64,000 bases of DNA from Candidatus Moraniibacteriota bacterium (GCA_026985555.1 JALSQF010000010.1:161163-225162); one strand, 5' to 3'. Positions 9,764-20,448 are shown, numbered from the stretch's first letter. Numbers and translations: made by a program. The notes: a model not told the origin generated them from the sequence alone.

Positions 9764-11512
9764 TTATTGTTTATCATATTTTAAACTAGGTTTTACTTTA
9801 TAATATTTTAATACAAATTCCATTATTTTAGAAAAGGTAGGCGCCGCGCTAGATTCAGCCCATTGCACATTCTTGGGATTATCTATCTTAACTAAAACAG
9901 CGAAACGCGGATCATTTGTGGGAGCATATCCAACAAAAGTACCAATAAAAGCATCCTCTTTATATCCTTTATCATTCTTTTTAGCTATTTGGGCTGTTCC
10001 CGTCTTTCCTCCTACTAAATAACCTGCCACATCGGCTCTTTTTCCATGTCCATTGGTTACTACTTTTCTTAACATCTCACTAATTAATCTTGAAGTTTCA
10101 TCAGTAATCACTTGTTTTCTAAATTCCGGTTGTATTATTTCTATTTTTCCATTAGGATAAATAATCTTATCAATAATTTGAGGTTTCATCAGTTTTCCAT
10201 GATTTGCTAAAGTAGCATAAGCCATAATTAATTGAAGAGGAGTTATAGCTATTCCTTGACCAAAAGAAGCGGTATAAAAATTAATGTCTCTTTTTAAATA
10301 ATTTAAATTGTTCAAATTTCCTTTCAATTCTCCTGGAAGTTCTATTCCTGTTTTTTTTCCAAAACCAAAATCTTTAAGATATTCTAAAAAAGTTTTGTTG
10401 CCTATTAATTTTTCTACGAAAATTGAACCTGTATTAAGAGATTTCTCTAGTACTTCTGTCATAGTTTGTTTACCATGAGATTTTTCGTCAGAATTTTTAA
10501 TAGTATACCCTGATTTAAAAACTGATCCAGTGTCTATATAAGTAGTCTGTGGGCTGATTTTTTTTGTATCTAAACCTATGGCTAAAGTAATACTTTTAAA
10601 AACTGATCCTGCTTCATAAGCCTCACTAACAGCTGGATTAAGAAAAAGTTTCATATCTGTAACCTGATTATATTGATTGGGATTAAAATTAGGAAAATTA
10701 GCTAAAGCTAAAATTTTACCCGTTCGCACATCTACTACAATAGCTGTTCCCTTATCTGCTTGATATTTTTCTATAGATTCCTGAAGTACTTTTTCAGTTT
10801 CATATTGAATAGTCCTTTCTATAGTAGTAATTAAATTTACACCATTTTCTGCTTTTTTAATTTTTCTATCACTTAAAGAAATCCAACGTCCCGCAGCGTC
10901 TTTTTCTTGAAAAAGAGAGCCTGGTTTTCCCTTTAATTCCTTTTCCCAATAAGCTTCTAATCCATAACATCCTACTTGAGTTTTATCTCCTTTATTTCCA
11001 ACATAACCAACTACCTGCGAAGCTAATTGTTGACCTGGGTAATAACGAAAATTTTCATTCATTAAATGGACACCTTTTAATTTAGCTCGTTTTATTTTTT
11101 CTATTTCATCTGAATTTAAACGATGCTTGCATATTTTAAAGAAACTATTTTTATCAGAAATTTTATTTTTAATAGTTTCTTTTTTTAGATTTAAAATGGA
11201 ACTAAGCATAAAAATCACCTTGTCTTCATCTTCAATTTCTCTTGGCACCAAATAAACCATTTTATACTCTCTATTAATAGCTAATGGATAGAGTTTATCC
11301 TTATCTTTTAAAAATATTTTTCCTCTATTTGGCAATAATTCTTGAAAAACCTGATATTGATTTTGTGCTAAAGCATGATAAGTTTGATAACTTAAAACTT
11401 GTAAAAAATATAACCTACTTAAAATAAAACCGGTTATTAAAAAAAATAAAAAAGCTAAAAAATAAATTCTTCCTTTAACATTTTTCTTTTGACGTTTATT
11501 TATAATTGACAT
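9764..11512 (-). CDS. ftsI: Class B penicillin-binding protein (FtsI-like)
   Basis: N-terminal TM, SxxK (GSVFK), SxN (SLN), KTGTAQ; dcw position. Confidence 0.88.
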   Translation of the reverse strand: MSIINKRQKKNVKGRIYFLAFLFFLITGFILSRLYFLQVLSYQTYHALAQNQYQVFQELLPNRGKIFLKDKDKLYPLAINREYKMVYLVPREIEDEDKVIFMLSSILNLKKETIKNKISDKNSFFKICKHRLNSDEIEKIKRAKLKGVHLMNENFRYYPGQQLASQVVGYVGNKGDKTQVGCYGLEAYWEKELKGKPGSLFQEKDAAGRWISLSDRKIKKAENGVNLITTIERTIQYETEKVLQESIEKYQADKGTAIVVDVRTGKILALANFPNFNPNQYNQVTDMKLFLNPAVSEAYEAGSVFKSITLAIGLDTKKISPQTTYIDTGSVFKSGYTIKNSDEKSHGKQTMTEVLEKSLNTGSIFVEKLIGNKTFLEYLKDFGFGKKTGIELPGELKGNLNNLNYLKRDINFYTASFGQGIAITPLQLIMAYATLANHGKLMKPQIIDKIIYPNGKIEIIQPEFRKQVITDETSRLISEMLRKVVTNGHGKRADVAGYLVGGKTGTAQIAKKNDKGYKEDAFIGTFVGYAPTNDPRFAVLVKIDNPKNVQWAESSAAPTFSKIMEFVLKYYKVKPSLKYDKQ

Positions 11513-11577
11513 AAAAGCAAAAATTTATTTTTCATCATTAGCATAAAATAATTGATTAAAAATAAATTATAAAAATA

Positions 11578-11877
11578 TTATTTTCTGTAAGCAATTGCTT
11601 TCTTGTCGTTTAAATAAACAATTTCTTCTATTTTTTCCATTCCTTTATTCTTAACCTCTTCTTCAATTCTGTAAAGAGAAGTTAGTTCCGCTTTTTTAAT
11701 TTCTAATGTTTCGTTTTCTTTTTGCAAATTAGTGATTTTATTTTCCTTTTCTCTTATTTTGTATCCCTGAATAGCAGTAGCGTTAATTACGTAAAGATAA
11801 AATGCTCCTGAGAAGACAAAAAACATCATTATCAATGATTTTATACTTAAAATATTTCTTTTTTTTAATCTTTTCAT
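11578..11877 (-). CDS. ftsL: FtsL-like cell division protein
   Basis: TM plus coiled coil between rsmH and ftsI. Confidence 0.65.
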   Translation of the reverse strand: MKRLKKRNILSIKSLIMMFFVFSGAFYLYVINATAIQGYKIREKENKITNLQKENETLEIKKAELTSLYRIEEEVKNKGMEKIEEIVYLNDKKAIAYRK

Positions 11878-11895
11878 TTTTTTATATAAAAATTT

Positions 11896-12831
11896 TTAAA
11901 TTTTTTCTACTAATCTTAATTTGGCGCTGCGGGCACGAAAATTATTCTCAACTTCTTTTTCAGAAGAAACAATCGGCTTTGAATTAATAATTTTTACTTT
12001 TGACGTATGCCCGCAACGACAAACGGGAAAATTTTCAGGACAAATACATCCCCTTGCATTTTCCTGAAATATTTTTTTAACTAACTTATCTTCTCCAGAA
12101 TGAAAACTTACAACACCTAACCTTCCTCCTTTTTTTAATCTATCAATGGATATTTCTAAAAATTTTTTTAAATCTTCCAATTCATGATTAACTTCTATGC
12201 GAAGAGCTTGAAAAGTTCTCGTAGCCCAATGAATTCTAAAATTTTTTTGTTGATTTTTTTGAGGAATTGATTTTTGAATAATCAGCATTAAATCTCCTAC
12301 TGTTTTTATTTTTTTCTTTTGGCGAGTTCTGACAATATTTTTTGCAATATTTCGGCTAAAATATTCATTTCCATATTCCCAAAATATTTTTTTTAATTGT
12401 GTTTCTGTATAAGAATTTATTACCTGTTCAGCAGTTAATTTTTGAGAGTAATTCATTCTCATATCTAAGGGTGCATCTTCATACTTATAACTAAAACCTC
12501 TTTCTTTACTTTCTAATTGATCGGATGATACTCCTAAATCAGCTACTATATTATTTACTTTTTTAATTGTTAAACTAGCTAATATTTTATCTAAATTACT
12601 AAAACTATCTTGAAATAAAAATACGTTTCTCTGTTTTTTGATTTTTTTCTTAAAATTATCAATAGCTAAGATGTCTTTATCTATAGCTATTAATTTTCCC
12701 TTTGGTCCTATTTTATTTAAAATAACTTTACTATAAGATCCTCCTCCTAATGTAGCATCTACTACTATGGCATTTTTATTTATTTTTAATTTTTGAATTA
12801 TTTCTTTTAATAAAACTGGCTTATGAATCAT
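11896..12831 (-). CDS. rsmH: 16S rRNA m4C1402 methyltransferase
   Basis: HKPVLLKE, DATLGGG, DLGVSSDQL, FQALRIEVN, SFHSGED, RARSAKLR. Confidence 0.97.
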   Translation of the reverse strand: MIHKPVLLKEIIQKLKINKNAIVVDATLGGGSYSKVILNKIGPKGKLIAIDKDILAIDNFKKKIKKQRNVFLFQDSFSNLDKILASLTIKKVNNIVADLGVSSDQLESKERGFSYKYEDAPLDMRMNYSQKLTAEQVINSYTETQLKKIFWEYGNEYFSRNIAKNIVRTRQKKKIKTVGDLMLIIQKSIPQKNQQKNFRIHWATRTFQALRIEVNHELEDLKKFLEISIDRLKKGGRLGVVSFHSGEDKLVKKIFQENARGCICPENFPVCRCGHTSKVKIINSKPIVSSEKEVENNFRARSAKLRLVEKI

Positions 12832-12859
12832 TTTTAATGCTACCCCTCGTATAATTTAA

Positions 12860-13294
12860 TTAGTAAACACCTAATTTTCCTAATTGTTCTGCAATGCTAT
12901 CTGTGTTTTTTTCAGCTTTAGACTTATACTGAGTCCATCTTTTTTCATCCCAAATTTCTAAACGATTATATAAACCAGCCACACTAACATCTTTTTTTAA
13001 TCCGGCATATTCTTTTAAATAATCAGGAATTAAAATTCTTCCTTGTTTATCAATTTCTACATCTGTTGCTCCGGCTAACATTAATCTTACAAAACTTCTT
13101 GTTCCTGATTCTCCCATAGGCATTGCTCCAAATTTTTCAGCTAATTTTTCCCAAGTTCTTAGCGGATAAAGAAATAAACATTTATCTAATCCTCTAGTAA
13201 TTACAACTCTATTTCCTAGTTCACCACGAAATTTACTTGGCACAGCCAATCTTTTTTTAGTATCAATAGAATGCTGATATTCTCCTATGAACAT
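12860..13294 (-). CDS. mraZ: Transcriptional regulator MraZ
   Basis: MFIGEYQHSIDTKKRLAVP, DKQGRILIP. Confidence 0.97.
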   Translation of the reverse strand: MFIGEYQHSIDTKKRLAVPSKFRGELGNRVVITRGLDKCLFLYPLRTWEKLAEKFGAMPMGESGTRSFVRLMLAGATDVEIDKQGRILIPDYLKEYAGLKKDVSVAGLYNRLEIWDEKRWTQYKSKAEKNTDSIAEQLGKLGVY

Positions 13295-13316
13295 AAACTA
13301 AAAACTTATTTTGAAA

Positions 13317-13380
13317 TCCACTTATCCCCACTTCTTAACACCACACTATCATTTTACACCACCAAGCTATCTTTTGTCAA
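13317..13380 (-). promoter_or_regulatory. mraZ promoter with GTGG MraZ boxes
   Basis: TTGACA (13375-80), 18-nt spacer, TAAAAT (13351-56); repeated GTGG motifs across and downstream of the promoter. Confidence 0.7.
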
Positions 13381-13393
13381 CACTTTTTATCCA

Positions 13394-13430
13394 CAATAAA
13401 AAAACAGCTTTCAAAGCTGTTTTTTTATTG
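13394..13430. terminator. Intrinsic terminator after khpA
   Basis: Perfect inverted repeat caataaaaaaacagcttt-c-aaagctgtttttttattg. Confidence 0.8.
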
Positions 13431-13456
13431 TTTTGTCTTTATAAAAAGATAATTGA

Positions 13457-13816
13457 TTACATTTTATTAATATCTTCTACAACTTCGTCAATACTCTTTT
13501 TTTCTTCTGTTGTAGAACTAGTTGCACTTTCTTTGTTATCTCTACGTGAAGATCTTTCAGAACCTTCTGGTTCATTAATTTTCAAATTAACACGAGCATT
13601 GTTACGCGCTCCAATTACTCTTAGAAGAGTTCTTAACGCTTTAGCTGTAGCGCCTTCACGCCCAATAACCATTCCCATATCTTTTGGATTAACATCCAAG
13701 GTGATAAGGACACCCATTTCGTCAATTTTCCTTTCAACTTTTACGTCTTCAGGATGATCTACGAGCATTTTTACTATTTGCTCAACAAACTCTTTATCTT
13801 GTGTTTGTTCTGACAT
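13457..13816 (-). CDS. khpA: KH-domain RNA-binding protein KhpA
   Basis: LVDHPEDVKV, DMGMVIGREGATAKALRTLL. Confidence 0.9.
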   Translation of the reverse strand: MSEQTQDKEFVEQIVKMLVDHPEDVKVERKIDEMGVLITLDVNPKDMGMVIGREGATAKALRTLLRVIGARNNARVNLKINEPEGSERSSRRDNKESATSSTTEEKKSIDEVVEDINKM

Positions 13817-14087
13817 AACTTTTTACTTGATTTACTGATTAATTAACAAAAATGAGAATAAAAAATGCGACTTCATCTTTCTCTCATTTTCATAATATAA
13901 TTATAAATTGTTTTTTATAATTGTCAACTATATTTTATTTATTAATATATTATAATTATTTTTACTTCTTACTCTAGTTTATTTTAAAAAATTTTTTCTT
14001 TCTTGCTAAAATAATATTAACTAGACAATAATTTTTTTTATTTTATAATTAGAAAACGACAATAAGAAAATTAAAATAAAACATATT

Positions 14088-15584
14088 ATGTCAACAAATA
14101 TAATCAAAATAAATCCTCATCTTCAGAAATTTCAATCAGAAAAAATGAGAGTTCCTGTGTTTTTTCATACTTCTGATAATCTTTTACCTAATAAAGAAAC
14201 TTTTCAACAATTAGAAATACTAGCTCAAGACAACAGGCTTTTTCACCATATAGCCGCTATGAGTGATGTTCATCCTAAAAAAGGACGCAAAAATCCCACA
14301 GGAACAATTGTCGCTAGTGAAAATTATATTTTTCCTCAAATTAATGATACAGCTCCTAATTGTGGAATGCGATTCTTAAGAACTGATTTTAATACAAAAA
14401 ATTTAAAAGAAAAAGATATTGATAACCTATTTCAAGAACTAGTAAAAGTTATTCCTACTAAAAAATATATTGGAACAAAACTCTCTTATCGTATGGTTTT
14501 AGATATTGCTAAATATGGATCTCGTCCTTGGATTGAAAAATTTAAACCAGCTATAAAAAATGAAATAGAAAATACTTTTGAACAAGGAAATTTAGTTACA
14601 CAAAAAAGTATAACCGATCAAGATCTTTTTAATGCTATACCTAAACTTTTTCTTTGGATTGCTAAATATAGATCAGGAATTTTAGGCGCAGCTGGCAATC
14701 ATTTTTTAGATTTAATGAAAATTACTGAAATTAAAAATAATGAAATCGCTAGTAAATTCAATCTAGAAAAAGATCAGTGTATATTTTTAATGCATACTGG
14801 ATCTGGATTATTAGGACAATATGCTTCTTATATGTATACACCTAAAATGAAAGAACATTTTTCTCAAAAAATAATGTTAGAATTAGGAAAATTATTTACT
14901 TTTAGTAGTCGCTATAAAAATATCTACAAAAAATTAGCTCTTCAAATTAAAAAATATCAAAATAAAACAAATTTTTGGGCTTATAAAGAAGAAAGTTTAG
15001 AAGGAAGATTATTTTTAACAGCTCATCAAGCTTCCGGAAATTTTGGATTTATCAATAGAACTATTCTCACACATCATTTAGATTTAGCTATAAAAAAAAT
15101 GTTAAAACGTTCAGCTAATTTAGATTTACTTTATGACATGCCTCATATCTCTAATATTAAAGAAAATCATTTTGGAAAAGAAGTTTGGATTCATCGCAAT
15201 GGCACCACAAGAGCTTTTGGTCCCCAAAGAATGCAAAAAAAACATCCTCTCTTTTCTCAAACTGGAGAACCAGTTTTTATACCTTCCTCTATGAGTACTC
15301 CGGCTTATCTGGGAGTTGGAACTGATTATAATGAAACTTCTTTTTTTTCTGCTTCTCACGGAACCGGAAGACGAACTCAAGCTAAAGGAGCTAAAAACAA
15401 AAAAGAACTTTTCGAAAAAATGAAAAAACAACATGTCCGTCTATATAATGCTCAGTCTAAAGGAGTTGTTTTGCAAGATAGCTCTTATTATAAAGACGTA
15501 GAAGAAGTTATTACAGGAATGGAAGCTAATCAAATTGTAAAAACAGTAATTAAAATGCAACCTGTAGCAGTATTAATGTATTAA
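14088..15584 (+). CDS. rtcB: Divergent RtcB-family protein
   Basis: SDVH, NCGMR, GNHFL, HTGS, YDMPH, HRNG, SHGTGR, YKDVEEV. Confidence 0.85.
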   Translation: MSTNIIKINPHLQKFQSEKMRVPVFFHTSDNLLPNKETFQQLEILAQDNRLFHHIAAMSDVHPKKGRKNPTGTIVASENYIFPQINDTAPNCGMRFLRTDFNTKNLKEKDIDNLFQELVKVIPTKKYIGTKLSYRMVLDIAKYGSRPWIEKFKPAIKNEIENTFEQGNLVTQKSITDQDLFNAIPKLFLWIAKYRSGILGAAGNHFLDLMKITEIKNNEIASKFNLEKDQCIFLMHTGSGLLGQYASYMYTPKMKEHFSQKIMLELGKLFTFSSRYKNIYKKLALQIKKYQNKTNFWAYKEESLEGRLFLTAHQASGNFGFINRTILTHHLDLAIKKMLKRSANLDLLYDMPHISNIKENHFGKEVWIHRNGTTRAFGPQRMQKKHPLFSQTGEPVFIPSSMSTPAYLGVGTDYNETSFFSASHGTGRRTQAKGAKNKKELFEKMKKQHVRLYNAQSKGVVLQDSSYYKDVEEVITGMEANQIVKTVIKMQPVAVLMY

Positions 15585-15588
15585 ATAA

Positions 15589-16197
15589 ATGCAAATAATT
15601 TCTATTTCTGGTCTAGATGGATCAGGTAAATCAACTCAAATTAAACTTTTAAAAAATTATTTAGAAAACCATCAAAAAAAGGTTTTTTACCTTCATGCTC
15701 TAGATTATTCTCTGAGTAACAAAATTTTATTTTGGAAACATCACAAAAACAAAAAAAGAGATAAAGGCATCACTCAGAGCAAAAATTGGCAAATTTGGTT
15801 ACGTCAAATGATTTTTTATTTAGATATTTTAAGATTTAAATTACTACTTAAAAAATTAAAGCTTTTACAATATGATTATATTTTATCTGATCGTTTTTTC
15901 ACAGATAATTGGATTAATATAGCTTACTTAAAAAAAGAAAAAAATTTTTTAAGAAAACAAAAAAATATTTTTTCTTTTTCCGTTCCCTTTTTTAATTTTT
16001 ATTTAAAAGTAGATCCTTTAATTATTATGAAACGCTCTCGTCAACCTCAACAAGGTATAAATTATTTACAAAATAAAGAAATTTATTACAATCTTTTTTT
16101 TCAAAACCTTAACTTTGCAAATACTTTCATAATTAACGGAGAAAAAAGAAAAGAAAAAATATTTTTAGAAATAAGACAAAAATTAAAATTAAACTAA
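15589..16197 (+). CDS. Thymidylate-kinase-like P-loop NMP kinase
   Basis: ISGLDGSGKSTQ, ILSDRF; starts 4 nt after the rtcB stop. Confidence 0.8.
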   Translation: MQIISISGLDGSGKSTQIKLLKNYLENHQKKVFYLHALDYSLSNKILFWKHHKNKKRDKGITQSKNWQIWLRQMIFYLDILRFKLLLKKLKLLQYDYILSDRFFTDNWINIAYLKKEKNFLRKQKNIFSFSVPFFNFYLKVDPLIIMKRSRQPQQGINYLQNKEIYYNLFFQNLNFANTFIINGEKRKEKIFLEIRQKLKLN

Positions 16198-16223
16198 TAA
16201 AAAATTCAAACACAAATAAAAAA

Positions 16224-16265
16224 AGCGTTTATTGTTATATGTTTAAACATATAACAATAAACGCT
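16224..16265. terminator. Perfect 42-bp palindrome between convergent genes
   Basis: agcgtttattgttatatgttt|aaacatataacaataaacgct. Confidence 0.8.
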
Positions 16266-16274
16266 GATCGTTTT

Positions 16275-16580
16275 CTATAAATTTCCTGCCGCAGAAGCAA
16301 GTGTAGCATTTAACTTACATCTAAAATCTTTTTCTTCCCGTTCTCTCTGATTTTTTATTTCAGAAAGAACTCCTATATTAAAAATTATTCTCCCCCCTTC
16401 TCCGGCTAAAACACAGGCTAAATCTAGGCTAATCCCACCTGTGTTAGTAGAAAAATATTTATAAAGGTCTTTAATAATTACTTCATTTAATCCCGTTGGG
16501 TTATTTTTTTTGAAATCTCCAAACCAAAGAGACTTCTCCATTATTTTTTTAAAATCGCTAAAAAATATAATTTGTCCCAT
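16275..16580 (-). CDS. Orphan hypothetical protein with strong SD
   Basis: AGGAGGAG upstream of ATG. Confidence 0.65.
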   Translation of the reverse strand: MGQIIFFSDFKKIMEKSLWFGDFKKNNPTGLNEVIIKDLYKYFSTNTGGISLDLACVLAGEGGRIIFNIGVLSEIKNQREREEKDFRCKLNATLASAAGNL

Positions 16581-16613
16581 TTCTTTCTCCTCCTGTTTTT
16601 TAATTTTATTTTT

Positions 16614-16907
16614 TTATATACTTACTATTTTTATTTTTATTTCTCCATTTTCTTTTTTTTGTTGATATATCTTTATTTTGAAAAAAGAATTACTTTTTGA
16701 AATTAAAAAAGAAACGTTCGTTAAAACTTCTATTTTTTCTGATGTAATTATATTGTCATCCATCAGAAAAACATTCCAAACAAAATATGGATTATCCATA
16801 TTAGCATAAACAATAAACAAAGATTCCCCAGAAACACTATAAATTCTGTTTAATATCAGAAAATCATCGTAAATAACCCTACCTTTATTGTTGTCATTTT
16901 TTTTCAT
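16614..16907 (-). CDS. Orphan hypothetical protein with strong SD
   Basis: TAAGGAGGGG upstream of ATG. Confidence 0.65.
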   Translation of the reverse strand: MKKNDNNKGRVIYDDFLILNRIYSVSGESLFIVYANMDNPYFVWNVFLMDDNIITSEKIEVLTNVSFLISKSNSFFKIKIYQQKKENGEIKIKIVSI

Positions 16908-17027
16908 TTTCCCCTCCTTAATTTCTATCTAAAAATATTTAATAAACTAATCATTCTCACTTTTTTGTGCTACAATATATTTATATTGTTAAATAACTAA
17001 TGTTTTAAGTTAACATAAAAAATTTTT

Positions 17028-18668
17028 ATGTCAAATAAATTTTTAAATTTTTTTTATTTAATCATTCTATTTTTTATTCTTTTAACAGGTTTTTTAGTTC
17101 GTTTTTATCAAATTGAAAAAGTTCCTAGTGGAATTTATCCAGATGAAGCTGTTAATGGTATAGATGCTTTAAAAGCTAATTTAAATAGAAATTACAAAAC
17201 TTTTTACACTGATAATAATGGAAGAGAAGGATTGTTTATAAATTTAATTGCTCTTTCTTTCCGTTTGTGGAATATCTCTGTTTTAGGACTTAAGTTTCCT
17301 TCCATAATATTAGGAACTTTACTAATCTTAGGAACATTTCTATTAACCTACGAAATTTTTAGAAAAAATTGGTATCTAGGATTATTAACTTCTTATTTTA
17401 TAGCCTTTTCTTTTACTGCCATTAATTTTTCTCGGATTGCTTTTAGAGCTATTTTACTTCCGGTTGTTTTAGTTTTTTCTTTTTATTTTTTATTTTTAGG
17501 ATGGCATTATTTACATAAACATTTCTCCAAAAACAATAAATCTAAGAAATTTACTGCTCATTTAATATTTTTTACAAGTGGATTAATTTTTGGCATAGGT
17601 TTACATTCTTATATAGCTTTTCGTATTGCACCTGCTATTTTGATAGTTTTCTTAATTTTTCTTTTTATTACTGAAAAACATTTTTGGAAAAAATATTGGT
17701 TCTATTTAATTACTTTTATTATAGGATCTTTTATTAGTGCTTCTCCCCTATTAATTACTTTTTATCATCATCCAGAATATTTAGAATCACGCTCTGCCTC
17801 AGTTTCTGTTTTTTCACCAGAACTTAACCATGGACATCTCTGGAAAACTTTAGAACGCAGTTTCTTTTTAAGTATTTTTAAATATTCTTTTTGGGGAGAT
17901 CAAAATTGGAGACATAATTATCCTCCTTTTCCTATTCTTAATCCCTTTTTGGGAATATTTTTCTTAATAGGATTTTTTTATACTTTTTTTAAATTTTTTC
18001 ATTTATTCTACCTTCGTTTTCAAAAAAAAATTCGTGATGAAAAATTATATCTATACGCTTTTTTGCAAGCCTGGTTTTTCTTTATGCTAATGCCAGAATT
18101 TCTCACCGCTGAAGGAAATCCTCATGCTTTACGCGCTATCGGAGCTCTACCAGTAGTTTACATTTTTAGTGCTATTCCTTTTATTTATATTTTTAATAAA
18201 GCTAAGAATTTTCAATTTGTTTTTCGTCAAATAATTTATTCAATTATTGGTATTATTTTAATTAGTATTAGCATAAGCAACATTATCAAATATCATTATT
18301 TTTATGCTAATAATCCCCATCAACAACACGCCTTTGAAACAAATTTAATTGAGATTGCTAATTATGTAAAAACTATCCCCTCTGATCAATCTATAATTTT
18401 TATTTCAGGAAATATGCAAAGAATTCCCATTAAACTTTTTAACTACCAAAGAAATATTATTTATATCCATCCAAATGATTTTCAAGAGAAAATTGAAACA
18501 CCACAATTATTGAAAAAATTAAAAAATGAAAAAATAAATATTATTTTTACCGACAAAGGTAATCGGGAAGAAAAAATTATTCAAAAAATTAAAAGTATTA
18601 ATCCTAATTTGCAATTAATAGAATTTTCCGATGGTTATCAAAATCATTTTTATATTTTAAAGTTTTAA
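17028..18668 (+). CDS. GT-C membrane glycosyltransferase (ArnT/PMT_2-like)
   Basis: Polytopic; PSGIYPDEA acidic motif after TM1; FSRIAFRA. Confidence 0.8.
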   Translation: MSNKFLNFFYLIILFFILLTGFLVRFYQIEKVPSGIYPDEAVNGIDALKANLNRNYKTFYTDNNGREGLFINLIALSFRLWNISVLGLKFPSIILGTLLILGTFLLTYEIFRKNWYLGLLTSYFIAFSFTAINFSRIAFRAILLPVVLVFSFYFLFLGWHYLHKHFSKNNKSKKFTAHLIFFTSGLIFGIGLHSYIAFRIAPAILIVFLIFLFITEKHFWKKYWFYLITFIIGSFISASPLLITFYHHPEYLESRSASVSVFSPELNHGHLWKTLERSFFLSIFKYSFWGDQNWRHNYPPFPILNPFLGIFFLIGFFYTFFKFFHLFYLRFQKKIRDEKLYLYAFLQAWFFFMLMPEFLTAEGNPHALRAIGALPVVYIFSAIPFIYIFNKAKNFQFVFRQIIYSIIGIILISISISNIIKYHYFYANNPHQQHAFETNLIEIANYVKTIPSDQSIIFISGNMQRIPIKLFNYQRNIIYIHPNDFQEKIETPQLLKKLKNEKINIIFTDKGNREEKIIQKIKSINPNLQLIEFSDGYQNHFYILKF

Positions 18669-18744
18669 CTAGAAAATTTTAATATCTTTGAATTATATCA
18701 ATATTTATATTATAATGATTTATCAACTATATTAATTAAACTTT

Positions 18745-20448
18745 ATGAAACCAACTCTTTATAGAAAATATCGCCCTCAAAAATTTTCTGATGTTTTAGG
18801 GCAAAAAGCTATTATTCAAACACTTCAAGGAGCCCTTCGGTATAAAAAATTAGCTCATGCTTATCTCTTTACAGGACCACGTGGAACAGGAAAAACTACC
18901 GTAGCTAGATTATTAGCTAAAACAACTAATTGCTTAAAAAGAAAAGATAATGAGGTAGAACCATGTTTAAAATGCTCCTCTTGTTTAGATATTCAAGAAG
19001 GACAATCTTTAGATATTATAGAAATTGACGCTGCTTCTCATACAAGTGTAGATAATATTCGGGAACTTAAAGAAACAATTTATCTTCCTCCCTCTTTAGG
19101 AAAATATAAAATTTATATAATTGATGAAGTTCATATGCTTTCTCAGGGAGCCTTTAATGCTTTATTAAAAACATTAGAAGAACCTCCTTCTCATGTTATT
19201 TTTATTTTAGCTACAACGGAACTACACAAAGTTCCCAAAACAATTATCTCTCGTTGCCAGCTTTTTGAATTCCGCCCTTTGTCTATAGAAGATATAACTA
19301 AAAAATTAAGATCTATAGCTAAACAAGAGAAAATAAATATAAATCAAGAAGCATTAGAATTAATTGCGCTCTCTGCGGAAGGAGGAATGCGTGATGCAGA
19401 ATCAATTTTGTCTCAAATTTTAGCTACTAACAAAAAAGAAGTTTCCTTGCAAGACGTAACACAATTGTTAGGAACTGTTCGCCAACAAATTGTAGATAAG
19501 ATGGCTAAAAAGATCGTAGAAAAAAATATAAAAGATTCACTTCAAATTATCACTCAAATAACCAAAGAAGGGATAGATTTGGAAATATTTATTAAATCAT
19601 TAATAAATTTTTTACGTTACATAATGTTAGCTCATTTTGATAAAAATATTTTAGATACAAAGTTTAATTTTTCTCCAGAAAAAAAAGAAACTATAATAAA
19701 ACTTGCTACACAAACAGATGTTCAATTTGTAAGAAAAATAATTGAAAATTTAAATGAAGCTCGGCTTAAAATAAAATCATCTTTCCTTCCTCAATTACCC
19801 TTAGAATTGGCTATTATTAAAAATATTGAAATTAAAAAAAATGATTCTCGCCCAAATTATAATCAAAAGCAACAAAAAGAAAAACAAGTGTTAAAATCAA
19901 CCACTTTATCTCTAAAAAAAAATAAAAATAAGTCATCAATAAGTATATCAACAATTAAACACAAAGAAAAGAAACCTAAAAAGCAAAATAAAAAACAACA
20001 AAGATTAAACAAAAAACTAGCTATTAATCTTTCTCAAATAAAAAACAAATGGCCAGAAGTATTAAGCAATTCTCAACCACTTAACAACTCCCTTCCGATG
20101 CTTTTATCTACCTGTCAAATACATAAATTAGAAAATGATATTTTGTTTTTAGCTACTCGTTTTGATTTACATAAAGATAAATTAAATTCTAAAGAATATC
20201 AATTGACACTAGAAAAAATTTTTGTTAAAATTTTTTCTGTTCCTTTAAAATATAAGGTGCTCACTTTTCAAGAAGCTAATATTGTTATAGAAAATGAAAA
20301 TGTTAAAAATAGTTCTTATGAAAAAAAACAAGTTCCTATTTTTTCAAAATCAACAAAAGAAAAGAAAAAAAATGATTATAATAATTCCGATGATGAGAAG
20401 ATTCTCAATGATGTTTTAGATGTTTTAGGAGGAGAAGTAGTAAACTAA
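18745..20448 (+). CDS. dnaX: DNA polymerase III gamma/tau subunit
   Basis: LYRKYRPQKF, GPRGTGKT, IIDEVHML, FNALLKTLEEPP, SRC. Confidence 0.97.
   Translation: MKPTLYRKYRPQKFSDVLGQKAIIQTLQGALRYKKLAHAYLFTGPRGTGKTTVARLLAKTTNCLKRKDNEVEPCLKCSSCLDIQEGQSLDIIEIDAASHTSVDNIRELKETIYLPPSLGKYKIYIIDEVHMLSQGAFNALLKTLEEPPSHVIFILATTELHKVPKTIISRCQLFEFRPLSIEDITKKLRSIAKQEKININQEALELIALSAEGGMRDAESILSQILATNKKEVSLQDVTQLLGTVRQQIVDKMAKKIVEKNIKDSLQIITQITKEGIDLEIFIKSLINFLRYIMLAHFDKNILDTKFNFSPEKKETIIKLATQTDVQFVRKIIENLNEARLKIKSSFLPQLPLELAIIKNIEIKKNDSRPNYNQKQQKEKQVLKSTTLSLKKNKNKSSISISTIKHKEKKPKKQNKKQQRLNKKLAINLSQIKNKWPEVLSNSQPLNNSLPMLLSTCQIHKLENDILFLATRFDLHKDKLNSKEYQLTLEKIFVKIFSVPLKYKVLTFQEANIVIENENVKNSSYEKKQVPIFSKSTKEKKKNDYNNSDDEKILNDVLDVLGGEVVN
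20203..20231 (+). promoter_or_regulatory. Sigma70-type promoter inside dnaX, likely serving tRNA-Gln
   Basis: TTGACA, 17-nt spacer, TAAAAT, with extended TGn. Confidence 0.55.

Noticed and set aside
8464..13294. Short dcw cluster without murE or mraY
   Set aside because: Fragmented dcw clusters are common in reduced genomes; the missing genes may lie elsewhere.
13311..13757. 148-aa plus-strand ORF, and similar ORFs at 11802, 15126, 26113, 31298, 32684, 36496, 42686, 44198, 56125, 58553 and 62335
   Set aside because: They overlap well-supported genes on the opposite strand or another frame and have no motifs or start signals.
16224..16265. Perfect palindrome as a hairpin-telomere or MITE site
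   Set aside because: It sits between convergent genes with no protelomerase or second copy in the window; a terminator is the simpler explanation.
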